A stretch of 24,000 bases of DNA. Origin: Nanobdella aerobiophila. Lineage in GTDB: Archaea; Nanobdellota; Nanobdellia; Nanobdellales; Nanobdellaceae. This document shows positions 1 to 7,628 of this stretch, in pieces (the stretch's first letter is position 1; the number at the start of each line of letters is the position of its first letter). The position numbers and the translations under genes are program-made. A model generated the notes under the pieces. The model saw only the letters and a list, made by a program, of their open reading frames with translations. It was not told where the DNA came from and made no database searches. Location: contig NZ_AP019769.1 of NCBI RefSeq assembly GCF_023169545.1, positions 411,053 through 435,052 on the forward strand. The letters run 5' to 3'.

Positions 1-209
1 GCTTCGATTGGATTATAGTTAAGACCCATCTGTGCACTATTTGGTATCAAAAAGAATATTATCTGGTAATTTGAAAAAGAAACTCCAGAAATAATGGATA
101 TATTTTAGTAATATATAAATTTCATTACGGAAGATCTTATCAATTACCGTATATTAAATATTTTTTCGAATTATCAATAAATTATATCATAATAAAGTAT
201 ATTGTTAAT

Positions 210-1055
210 TTATAATTTTAATTTTAGCTCTACTATATCTTTATCTTCCAATTTATAGTTTAGTCCACCCCTCGTATACTTGTTATTTCTATATATTTTT
301 GCATAGATAAACTTATCTATCCAATTTTCATTTAATTTTTTTATAAAATCCTTTATTATAGCATCTTTATTTAACAATACGCAATGTTCAGAACCTACTG
401 GTTTTACTCTTATATAATCTAATTTTTTAATAATCTCCTCTAATATTTGATCTATTTTTATATTGTTAAAATCATTATAGTCATTATATATTATTGTATA
501 TTCTTTATTATCATATTTATTTAGTTTTATTATCCCTTCAGTAAACTGATTTATCCTACTTAATTGTTCTTCTACATTATTTTTATTTAATATAATTATA
601 TAATAATCGGATAAAGATAGTATATTTCTAAATCTCCTCTCAAATGTTGCTGGAATTTCTACAAATTGGTAATATATACAATTGTAAAATAATGTTCCAA
701 CTATAGGATTTGTTGTAGAATAGGGTATGTCATTTACATCTACATTTGCATTTGTAAATTTTTTTAAAAAATAGCTCTTTCCAGAATTTTCTACTCCTAA
801 AATACTAATTAATATATCTCCGTTTTTTTCTATTAATTTTATACCTTTATTTCCCTTCTTATTCTTTGATTCTTCTAATAGTGATTCATATTCAGATATT
901 TTTTTATTTATCCAAGCTATTAAATGTTCTGAGCCTTTGTGCTTTGGTGCGTATTTTAGCATCTCATATAAATATTTTAGTCTTTCTTCATTGGTTCTTG
1001 CGCTTTCAAACTTGTTTTTTGCTGCATAAAATTCTGCACCAGCATTAGTTACCAT
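210..1055 (-). CDS. DRG/Rbg-family GTP-binding protein with C-terminal TGS-like domain; G3 and G4 motifs are degenerate
   Basis: The N-terminal helical segment (KHKGSEHLIAWINKKISEY) resembles the DRG KNKATEHHLG..LKAKLAKL region. A P-loop GVENSGKS and a G2-like YSTT are present. VEIPATF stands where DxxG is expected, and NKNN where NKxD is expected. The C-terminus (LEDKDIVELK) is TGS-like. The start overlaps the upstream PIN gene by 11 nt, suggesting an operon. Confidence 0.7.
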   Translation of the reverse strand: MVTNAGAEFYAAKNKFESARTNEERLKYLYEMLKYAPKHKGSEHLIAWINKKISEYESLLEESKNKKGNKGIKLIEKNGDILISILGVENSGKSYFLKKFTNANVDVNDIPYSTTNPIVGTLFYNCIYYQFVEIPATFERRFRNILSLSDYYIIILNKNNVEEQLSRINQFTEGIIKLNKYDNKEYTIIYNDYNDFNNIKIDQILEEIIKKLDYIRVKPVGSEHCVLLNKDAIIKDFIKKLNENWIDKFIYAKIYRNNKYTRGGLNYKLEDKDIVELKLKL

Positions 1056-1458
1056 ATATTATATGTAGTTCTTTATTAGAATAAAAAATTACAGGTACCT
1101 TTAGTTTTCTCAATATATACCTTAAATTTTTATCTTGAGTACACACTATAAAGTCACCAGATAAAGATATATTTACTATTAACCTATCTGTCTTCTCATT
1201 GTTTTTATTCGTTTCTATAATATTTATATTATTTTTATTTATATAATCCAAAACTAATTTATATAGTTTTTTTGACTTCTCAGATCTTGTACTTTTTAAT
1301 TTGTCCTCTATTTCTATTATATTCTTTCTTAGAGTATATAAACCTACATAGTTTATATCTTTTCTATTTAAGAACAACTTTAATTCTTCTATTATATCAT
1401 AATTATAATAAAAAGGTATAAAAAATACATTAGAATCTATCAATATTTTATACTGCAT
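1045..1458 (-). CDS. PIN-domain protein, Fcf1/COG1412-like predicted RNA nuclease
   Basis: An N-terminal KILIDSNVFFIP carries the acidic Asp. The C-terminal VCTQDKNLRYILRKLKVPVIF is typical of archaeal Fcf1-like PIN proteins. Position directly downstream of aIF2-gamma is a conserved archaeal neighbourhood. Confidence 0.65.
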   Translation of the reverse strand: MQYKILIDSNVFFIPFYYNYDIIEELKLFLNRKDINYVGLYTLRKNIIEIEDKLKSTRSEKSKKLYKLVLDYINKNNINIIETNKNNEKTDRLIVNISLSGDFIVCTQDKNLRYILRKLKVPVIFYSNKELHIIYGN

Positions 1459-2656
1459 TAATTAGTTCTCCAATAGCATATATTTTCCACCTCTTATTTA
1501 TTTTTCTCAATATTAATACCCTGTCATTTTCATATCCTAATATTGGTCTTTCTAATTTTATCGTGATCATATTATTTTTTTCCATATTCTTTATTATACC
1601 ATTTGATATCATATTATAGAGTACTACTGTTATATCTTCTCCTTTTTGCATCTTTTCACTGCTATTAAATAATTCTTTAATTATTTCATATTTTACCTTT
1701 ATCTCATTGTATTGGTTTGGTAGTTTATTTTCTAATCCCAACATTTGGCCAGCTAATGTATCTTCTTTAGTTACAAATGGATCTAAGTTTGTACCAATAC
1801 CAGCAGTTCCACCGGGTATTATCTCATCAACGTCTATATTCCCTTGTTTTAGTGAAACTATTTTAGTCTTAATTGGTTTCCATTGATTATCTATAAATAA
1901 ACCCGGCCTTATTTCTATATTATCATCTTTCTTTAGTTTTCCTTTTAATAATGCTCCACCTAATATACCCCCTACCAATTTTTCTATATCTGTTCCTGGT
2001 TTATTTATATCAAAAGATCTTGATATCAAAAAGATAGGATCTGAATTTATGTCTCTATTATCTTTTTTTATATCTATTAAAGCTTCTAATATATAGTTTA
2101 TATTTATATTATTTATCGCGGATATAGGTATTATCTTTACATTTTTTATATCTATTTCTAATTTTTTTAACAGATCTATTATATCATTATAATTTTTTAT
2201 AGCTTCTTCTTTTGATACAAGATCTATTTTATTCTGTACAATTATTAAAGGTTTATTCCCCATATATTTAAATGCAATTAAATGTTCTAATGTTTGTGGT
2301 TGTGGCACTGGCTCATTTGCTGCAATAACTAATATAGCTGCATCTACTATTGCAGCACCAGTTAGCATTATCATTAATAAACTTTCATGACCTGGTGCAT
2401 CTACTACAGATATTTTTTTAATTATAGCATTTTCCTTCCCACATATAGGACATATCTTTTCAGTAAAGTATCCATGATCTTCACATCTATATATAGTAAA
2501 ATCAGAATATCCTAATTTTATTGTTAATCCTCTTTTTATTTCCTCCGAATGTTTTGATAACCACTGGCCTGTTAATGCTTTTGCTAAAGTTGTTTTTCCA
2601 TGATCTACATGTCCCAAAATTATAATAGATAAATCAGGATATATTATTTGATCCAT
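1448..2656 (-). CDS. eif2g: Translation initiation factor aIF2 gamma subunit
   Basis: GTPase motifs are GHVDHGKTTL (G1), VDAPGHE (G3) and QNKIDL (G4). A zinc-knuckle remnant C..H...CPICG is present. The 402 aa length and overall sequence are typical of aIF2-gamma. Confidence 0.95.
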   Translation of the reverse strand: MDQIIYPDLSIIILGHVDHGKTTLAKALTGQWLSKHSEEIKRGLTIKLGYSDFTIYRCEDHGYFTEKICPICGKENAIIKKISVVDAPGHESLLMIMLTGAAIVDAAILVIAANEPVPQPQTLEHLIAFKYMGNKPLIIVQNKIDLVSKEEAIKNYNDIIDLLKKLEIDIKNVKIIPISAINNININYILEALIDIKKDNRDINSDPIFLISRSFDINKPGTDIEKLVGGILGGALLKGKLKKDDNIEIRPGLFIDNQWKPIKTKIVSLKQGNIDVDEIIPGGTAGIGTNLDPFVTKEDTLAGQMLGLENKLPNQYNEIKVKYEIIKELFNSSEKMQKGEDITVVLYNMISNGIIKNMEKNNMITIKLERPILGYENDRVLILRKINKRWKIYAIGELINAV

Positions 2657-2700
2657 CTTTAAAAGATTATTAAAAAGGATTAAAAATTTATTTTATTTAT

Positions 2701-4314
2701 TTAACTAAACTTATATATTGTTTTATCTCCAGAATCCAATAACTCTATACCTAGCTCTTTTAATCTATTCCTTATTTTATCAGATAAATTATATAGTCTA
2801 TTATCTCTTAAATCTTTTCTAATATCTATTAGTAGGTTTATTATCTGATTAATATTATTATCCTTATTATTACAAAATATATTTTCCCATAAACCATAGA
2901 TTATCGATGCATTTTTATAAAATTCATACGCTTTATAATATAAAGTAAATATATTTGAGTTTATTACATATCTATTTATATATTTTGTAAGCTCTAATAA
3001 TGTTACAGTAGCTTTTCCTATATTAAAGTCATCTCTAAGATTATCAATAAATTCTTTTTCATATTTTAACATATTATTAAATATCTCTATATTTTTTTGA
3101 TCTAAATAAAACGTCCTTTCTAAATTACCTATATTAGATACTATTATTTTTATTGTAGATTCTATATAATTATAATTCTTCTTCGCTTGCTCTATACTAT
3201 CCTCATTTACATCTATAGGTTCTCTATAATGATATGATGCAAAATAAAATCTCACAATTTCTGGTCCATACTTATCTATAAAATCTTTTGCAGGTATTAT
3301 ATTTTTCAATGATTTCGACATTTTTTCACCTTTTATTTTTAATAATCCAACATGTATCCAATATTTCACCCATGGATTTATATTAAATCTAGCTTCTGAT
3401 TGTGCAATTTCATTTTCATGATGAGGGAATATGAGATCTTGAGCTCCTGAATGGATATCAAATTGTTTACCTAGATATCTAGATGACATTGTAGAACATT
3501 CGATATGCCAGCCTGGTCTTCCCTCTCCTATTATTGTTTTCCAATATGGTTCTCCATCCTTCTTAAATTTCCATAGAGCAAAATCATACGGATTTTTCTT
3601 ATCTTCCAATACATTTGTTTCTTGATCCCAATATTCTTTCTTATTACCTGATAATTTTCCATAATCTTTATATTTATCTACATCAAAATATATGCTATAT
3701 TTACCTGTATAAGCATATCCTTTATCAATTAGGTCTTTTACAAACTCAGATATTTCATTTATATGCTCTGTTACTAATGGATTTATATAAAAAGGTAGAT
3801 TATTTAATCTTTTTATTTGTTCAAGATGATATCTTATATTATTTCTCGGTATAGACTGCCAATCTTTGGTAGCCAATTCATTAGCTCTATTTATTATCTT
3901 ATCATCTATATCTGTAAAATTACTTATTGCTATATCAATATACCCAAAAAATCGAAGTATTCTTCTTATAATATCTATAGATACCTCGGCCCTTAAATGA
4001 CCTATATGCGAATAATCATAGGGCGTTATCCCACAATGGTATATTCTTACAAAAGGATATTCTATAGGCTCAAATATCTCTTTCTTCTTTGTTAGTGTGT
4101 TATATATATAAATTGCACCGATATGAATTTTCCATAAATATTTCTTATATCTAATATTTATAAGTTTGTTATTAGATAGATCATTAATGAAATTAATATT
4201 ATTTGATATGTTTAGAGACAAAGTTGGAATATTTATATTTATCATATTTTTTATAATATCTATTTTATATATTAGATTTAATTTTCTACCCTTATTACTT
4301 GCTCCAATAAGCAT
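2701..4314 (-). CDS. cysS: Cysteinyl-tRNA synthetase; true start uncertain
   Basis: Class I signatures HIGHLR and KMSKS are present. So are the HCGITPYD zinc/Cys-binding segment and the canonical N-terminal block IYNTLTKKKEIFEP. That block begins about 70 codons after the first ATG. The in-frame start candidates are M1 (4314), M24 (4245) and a TTG (about 4221). Confidence 0.92.
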   Translation of the reverse strand: MLIGASNKGRKLNLIYKIDIIKNMININIPTLSLNISNNINFINDLSNNKLINIRYKKYLWKIHIGAIYIYNTLTKKKEIFEPIEYPFVRIYHCGITPYDYSHIGHLRAEVSIDIIRRILRFFGYIDIAISNFTDIDDKIINRANELATKDWQSIPRNNIRYHLEQIKRLNNLPFYINPLVTEHINEISEFVKDLIDKGYAYTGKYSIYFDVDKYKDYGKLSGNKKEYWDQETNVLEDKKNPYDFALWKFKKDGEPYWKTIIGEGRPGWHIECSTMSSRYLGKQFDIHSGAQDLIFPHHENEIAQSEARFNINPWVKYWIHVGLLKIKGEKMSKSLKNIIPAKDFIDKYGPEIVRFYFASYHYREPIDVNEDSIEQAKKNYNYIESTIKIIVSNIGNLERTFYLDQKNIEIFNNMLKYEKEFIDNLRDDFNIGKATVTLLELTKYINRYVINSNIFTLYYKAYEFYKNASIIYGLWENIFCNNKDNNINQIINLLIDIRKDLRDNRLYNLSDKIRNRLKELGIELLDSGDKTIYKFS

Positions 4315-4657
4315 AAGGATATTATTATATATATTTGCAATTTTATTTACACTAAATTTTTCTTTATTAACATATATAATAATAGTTTACAGGAAATTTT
4401 GGAAAGGTAATTTATTATCTTTTATATCCGCTATTTTTGGATTTGTTTCTGTCCAGGGATGTATACTAGGATGTGGCATAAGTACAATATCAATATTCTT
4501 GGCATCTGTAGCTTCTATATTTGGTATATCTGTAATTCAGCTAGGGTACAATTTATTAATAATTAGCGATATATTATTTTTTATAAGTATAATATTTATA
4601 CTAAGAGTAAAGAAGCCCGAAAATAAAAAGTATGTTTTTAAATTGAAATTAAAATAA
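4166..4657 (+). CDS. Hypothetical small multi-pass membrane protein with a GCxxGCG motif
   Basis: This 163-aa ORF has four or more hydrophobic segments and a VQGCILGCGIS motif inside one. The only Met codons are at 4166, 4187 and 4208, so any start overlaps the annotated cysS 5' extension. The stop (4655-4657) abuts tRNA-Leu. No homolog recognised. Confidence 0.45.
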   Translation: MLLDRSLMKLILFDMFRDKVGIFIFIIFFIISILYIRFNFLPLLLAPISIRILLYIFAILFTLNFSLLTYIIIVYRKFWKGNLLSFISAIFGFVSVQGCILGCGISTISIFLASVASIFGISVIQLGYNLLIISDILFFISIIFILRVKKPENKKYVFKLKLK

Positions 4658-4741
4658 GCGGAGGTGTCCGAGAGGCCAAAGGAGATCGGTTGAGGTCCGA
4701 CTGGTGCAGAACCGCCAGGGGTTCAAATCCCCTCCTCCGCA
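4658..4741 (+). tRNA. tRNA-Leu (anticodon GAG), class II with long variable arm
   Basis: Manual cloverleaf: acceptor GCGGAGG/CCTCCGC, anticodon loop TTGAGGT, variable arm TGGTG-CAGAAC-CGCC, T arm AGGGG-TTCAAAT-CCCCT, discriminator A. No encoded CCA. There is one A27:C43 mismatch at the top of the anticodon stem. Confidence 0.9.
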
Positions 4742-4827
4742 ATTTTAAAACTTTTTTATTATTAGGGAATAAGACAGAAAGATAATCTATGAAAAGTTGA
4801 TTTATTAATAATATGTTTATATTTGGG

Positions 4828-4843
4828 CATGAAGATCTTCATG
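4828..4843. repeat. Perfect 16-bp palindrome CATGAAGATCTTCATG in the spacer between the convergent tRNA-Leu genes
   Basis: Read directly; the reverse complement is identical. It has 8-bp arms with no spacer and three G:C pairs per arm. Confidence 0.9.
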
Positions 4844-4953
4844 ATATTGAATGATGCAAGATTATTTAGATCAATTATATGGTTATTATGAACTAGATTT
4901 GTAGATAGCAAACATCTATTATCTCATTTATTGAAAAATAGAATATTAAATTC

Positions 4954-5036
4954 TGGACCCGCAGGGATTCGAACCCTGGAAGACTCTCGTCATCTGGACC
5001 TGAACCAGACTCCATCGACCACTCGGACACGGGTCC
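4954..5036 (-). tRNA. tRNA-Leu (anticodon CAG), class II with long variable arm
   Basis: The reverse complement folds as acceptor GGACCCG/CGGGTCC, anticodon stem TCTGG/CCAGA with loop TTCAGGT, variable arm TGACGAGAGTCTTC, T arm CAGGG-TTCGAAT-CCCTG, discriminator A. No CCA. Confidence 0.9.
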
Positions 5037-5057
5037 ATAAATTAATATTTTTTAATG

Positions 5058-5069
5058 AATTATATAATT
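5058..5069. promoter_or_regulatory. Palindromic TATA-like element AATTATATAATT, centred about 27 nt upstream of the mature 5' end of tRNA-Leu(CAG)
   Basis: This is the only strong TATA-like element in the 37-bp divergent spacer between tRNA-Leu(CAG) (5' end at 5036) and the AOR-like CDS (ATG at 5074). Its spacing fits an archaeal TATA box for the tRNA. The AT-rich background weakens the call. Confidence 0.35.
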
Positions 5070-5073
5070 TTAT

Positions 5074-6600
5074 ATGATTAGATCATTATTTATAGATCTT
5101 GATAAGAAAGAATTTAAAAATGAAATAATAGATAATAGAACTCTCGATTATTCTATAATCTTGAATAAGGATATTTATAGGACCTACGAGAGAGATCCTT
5201 ATAATAACAATCTTACTATACTATCTGCCGGATATATAAAAGATGAAAATGATATAACTTCCTTATTAATATATAGGTCACCCATAACAAATTCTTTAGA
5301 TATAAATATATCTTCATTTGGAAAATATATAAGAAATACAGGAAATGACATGATAATATTAAAAGGAAGGTTAGATAAAAAATATTTTATAATAATAGAA
5401 AATGACAATGTAATATTTTTAGAGGATGATATAGAAGAAGATATATATAATAAAAAGGAAAAATTATATGGAGAATTAAAAAATATATATGGTAACGAAG
5501 ACTTTATATTATTATTAAACGGTTTAGGATCAAAATATACTATATATGGAAATTTAATAATATTTAAAGATGATAAGATTAAAGCAACAAAAGGTGGTAT
5601 AGGCTCGGTTTTATATAATTATCATAATATTTCCGGGATTTCTATCGGAGGAAATAACCATGTAAAAATAAATGAGATTAAGATAAATGAAAAAAATATG
5701 AATTTTCATGAGAACATTAATGATGTATACAACTTAATATATGAAAAAGTACCCATATTAAATTTTAAAAATATTTATCTGGCAAAAGAAGAAAATAAAA
5801 AAATTTTCGAAGATTTTATATATCCTTTGATAAATAATTTGAAGAAAAAATATCCATATGAGCCTTTTAATATGTTTGGGCCTTTTTTAGGTATATTTGA
5901 TGAAAATTATATTTCATTATTGATAGATAAGGCAAATAGATATGGTCTTGATACATTATATTTAGGTTTTATTCTAGGACTTATATTGGAAGGTCTTGCA
6001 ATGAACAAAGTAAATATAAATGGATTAAATAGTTCTATATTTGATTTTAATAATTTAGATAGATCAACAGAAAATAATTATAAAATTGTAGATTATCTAA
6101 TGGATAAAATCGCTTATGAAGAACTATCTATTCTAGGAAAGAATATAAGATATATTTCTAATATATTTAATCTAGACGATATATCTGTATATGCACCTTT
6201 GGGAGAATCTTATTCTGCAGTGTTCAATCCATATATATCATTGGGTTTGTTTTTACCAAATATAATATATGATAAATATTTTTCAGATCATTTAATGAAT
6301 CCTACTGATCCAGTTAGCTATGCAGAATTAAATTATGGAAGACTTGAATCAACATTTTATATAAATAATTTACATGATAATATATATAATTTTAAAAGGG
6401 ATAATGTTTTCGTAAAGATGTTAGAGTATCAGAAATTAACAAATTCTATGCCTAATTTTAATTATTCAAAAAGATTAAACGATATATACTTGTATATATC
6501 CAGAAATTATAATTTAAATTATACTTTTGAAGATTATTTTTTAAACTATTATAATAGATATAAAGAATTAATATATAATAATAAAGCCTCCGTAGTGTAG
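5074..6600 (+). CDS. Aldehyde:ferredoxin oxidoreductase (AOR)-family homolog, highly diverged and cysteine-free
   Basis: The blocks line up with my recollection of the P. furiosus AOR sequence. SPITN..FGKYIRNTGNDMIILKG matches SPLTG..FGAELKFAGYDAIVVEG. ATKGGIGSVLYNYHNISGISIGG matches AGRGGVGAVMGSKNLKAIAVEG. YEPFNMFGPFLGIFD......ANRYGLDTLYLG matches YESVWALGANLGIND......CDELGLDTISTG. The 508-aa translation contains no Cys. Confidence 0.7.
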   Translation: MIRSLFIDLDKKEFKNEIIDNRTLDYSIILNKDIYRTYERDPYNNNLTILSAGYIKDENDITSLLIYRSPITNSLDINISSFGKYIRNTGNDMIILKGRLDKKYFIIIENDNVIFLEDDIEEDIYNKKEKLYGELKNIYGNEDFILLLNGLGSKYTIYGNLIIFKDDKIKATKGGIGSVLYNYHNISGISIGGNNHVKINEIKINEKNMNFHENINDVYNLIYEKVPILNFKNIYLAKEENKKIFEDFIYPLINNLKKKYPYEPFNMFGPFLGIFDENYISLLIDKANRYGLDTLYLGFILGLILEGLAMNKVNINGLNSSIFDFNNLDRSTENNYKIVDYLMDKIAYEELSILGKNIRYISNIFNLDDISVYAPLGESYSAVFNPYISLGLFLPNIIYDKYFSDHLMNPTDPVSYAELNYGRLESTFYINNLHDNIYNFKRDNVFVKMLEYQKLTNSMPNFNYSKRLNDIYLYISRNYNLNYTFEDYFLNYYNRYKELIYNNKASVV

Positions 6601-6660
6601 CCAGGACAACATTCCGGGCTTCGGTCCTGGAGATCAGGGGTTCGAATCCCCTCGGAGGCT
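6586..6660 (+). tRNA. tRNA-Arg (anticodon UCG)
   Basis: Acceptor GCCTCCG/CGGAGGC, D arm GTGT-AGCCAGGACA-ACAT, anticodon stem CCGGG/CCTGG with loop CTTCGGT, T arm AGGGG-TTCGAAT-CCCCT, discriminator T. The first 15 nt lie inside the preceding CDS. The last nt is shared with the stop codon of the next minus-strand CDS. Confidence 0.92.
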
Positions 6661-7604
6661 TATATATCCTTATAAATTGTATTATATATTTTATTGATTA
6701 GATATTTTATCTTATATATATTTAAATTAAGTATATCTTCATGTTTTAATTCTTTAGAAATCTCATTAAAATCGTTTTTATTTAGTTTATTTTCATTAAA
6801 TAGTTTAATTATTCCTTCTGTAATATCTATATAATCTTCAGGTAAATAAAAAGATATATCTTCTAGCAATTTTAGAAAATTTATCATGGATTTATCGTCA
6901 TCAATTATTAAAGGTAATGCTTCGGCTGTATTTATGAATTTATATGCATAATCTTTATAATTTTTTCCTTTTTTTGATAATAAATAATTATTTATTATTA
7001 TATTTGCTAGTGGTGAAAATATAATATCTAATGCTATGTTCATCTTAAATCTGTTCAGATATAAATTATATACAGCTTTTATCTTTTTATTTTGTTTATC
7101 TAATATAAAATTTTTTATTTCTTTAGTTATATAGATTATATCTCTCTCTTTTAATCTATAAAATTCTTTTTCTTCTATAATATTTTTTAAATTATCTGTA
7201 ATTATGCTCAAAGTATTATAGTATTCATAAGAAAATCCAATATTTTTAGAGAGAGTTCTTAATCTTCTATTATAATCAGTTAAACTATAATAAGAATATG
7301 GTAATCTTTTTTTATATAGATCATAATTTTTTATTATATCTATATAAGATTTTATATCTAATTCTTTAAATAAGCTATCTATTGATTTTCTTAATAGTTC
7401 ATCTATATTTTTATAAGTTATTAATTTACTTGATCTTATTGTTTCAATAAGATTTCTAGCAAATATTCTTTCTTTTTCATTATTAATATTTATCTTTTTT
7501 ATATCTTCTTTATTTATCGAATTTATAAAATTTAATATCTCTAATAAATCAACATTTGGATTTATATATTTTATATCTATTTGATAGTAATTATCTAAAC
7601 CCAT
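6660..7604 (-). CDS. Hypothetical protein (314 aa, predicted mostly helical, soluble)
   Basis: A long ORF that fills the gap between tRNA-Arg and the methyltransferase gene exactly. I recognise no motif. Confidence 0.6.
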   Translation of the reverse strand: MGLDNYYQIDIKYINPNVDLLEILNFINSINKEDIKKININNEKERIFARNLIETIRSSKLITYKNIDELLRKSIDSLFKELDIKSYIDIIKNYDLYKKRLPYSYYSLTDYNRRLRTLSKNIGFSYEYYNTLSIITDNLKNIIEEKEFYRLKERDIIYITKEIKNFILDKQNKKIKAVYNLYLNRFKMNIALDIIFSPLANIIINNYLLSKKGKNYKDYAYKFINTAEALPLIIDDDKSMINFLKLLEDISFYLPEDYIDITEGIIKLFNENKLNKNDFNEISKELKHEDILNLNIYKIKYLINKIYNTIYKDI

Positions 7605-7628
7605 TATTTAGTAATAAAAATAGATCTT

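Noticed and set aside
3-74. Open frame at the left window edge (FDWIIVKTHLCTIWYQKEYYLVI*), possibly the 3' end of an upstream plus-strand gene.
   Set aside because: Only 23 codons are visible, with no motif, so a gene call cannot be supported from this window.
3418-3450. C/D-like pattern on the plus strand inside cysS: AUGAUGA (3418-3424), a 22-nt spacer, then CUGA (3447-3450).
   Set aside because: It has no internal D' or C' boxes, and the spacing is wrong for a single guide. The AUGAUGA is simply the antisense of the conserved PHHENE codons of CysRS. Other isolated AUGAUGA sites, such as those near 10927, 17300, 19462 and 22081, also lack a correctly spaced CUGA.
4885-4898. 14-mer ATTATGAACTAGAT shared between the tRNA-Leu spacer (4885-4898) and the ppa/S17e spacer (9570-9583).
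   Set aside because: A single short exact match in a 24-kb AT-rich sequence is within what chance can produce. The flanks do not align.
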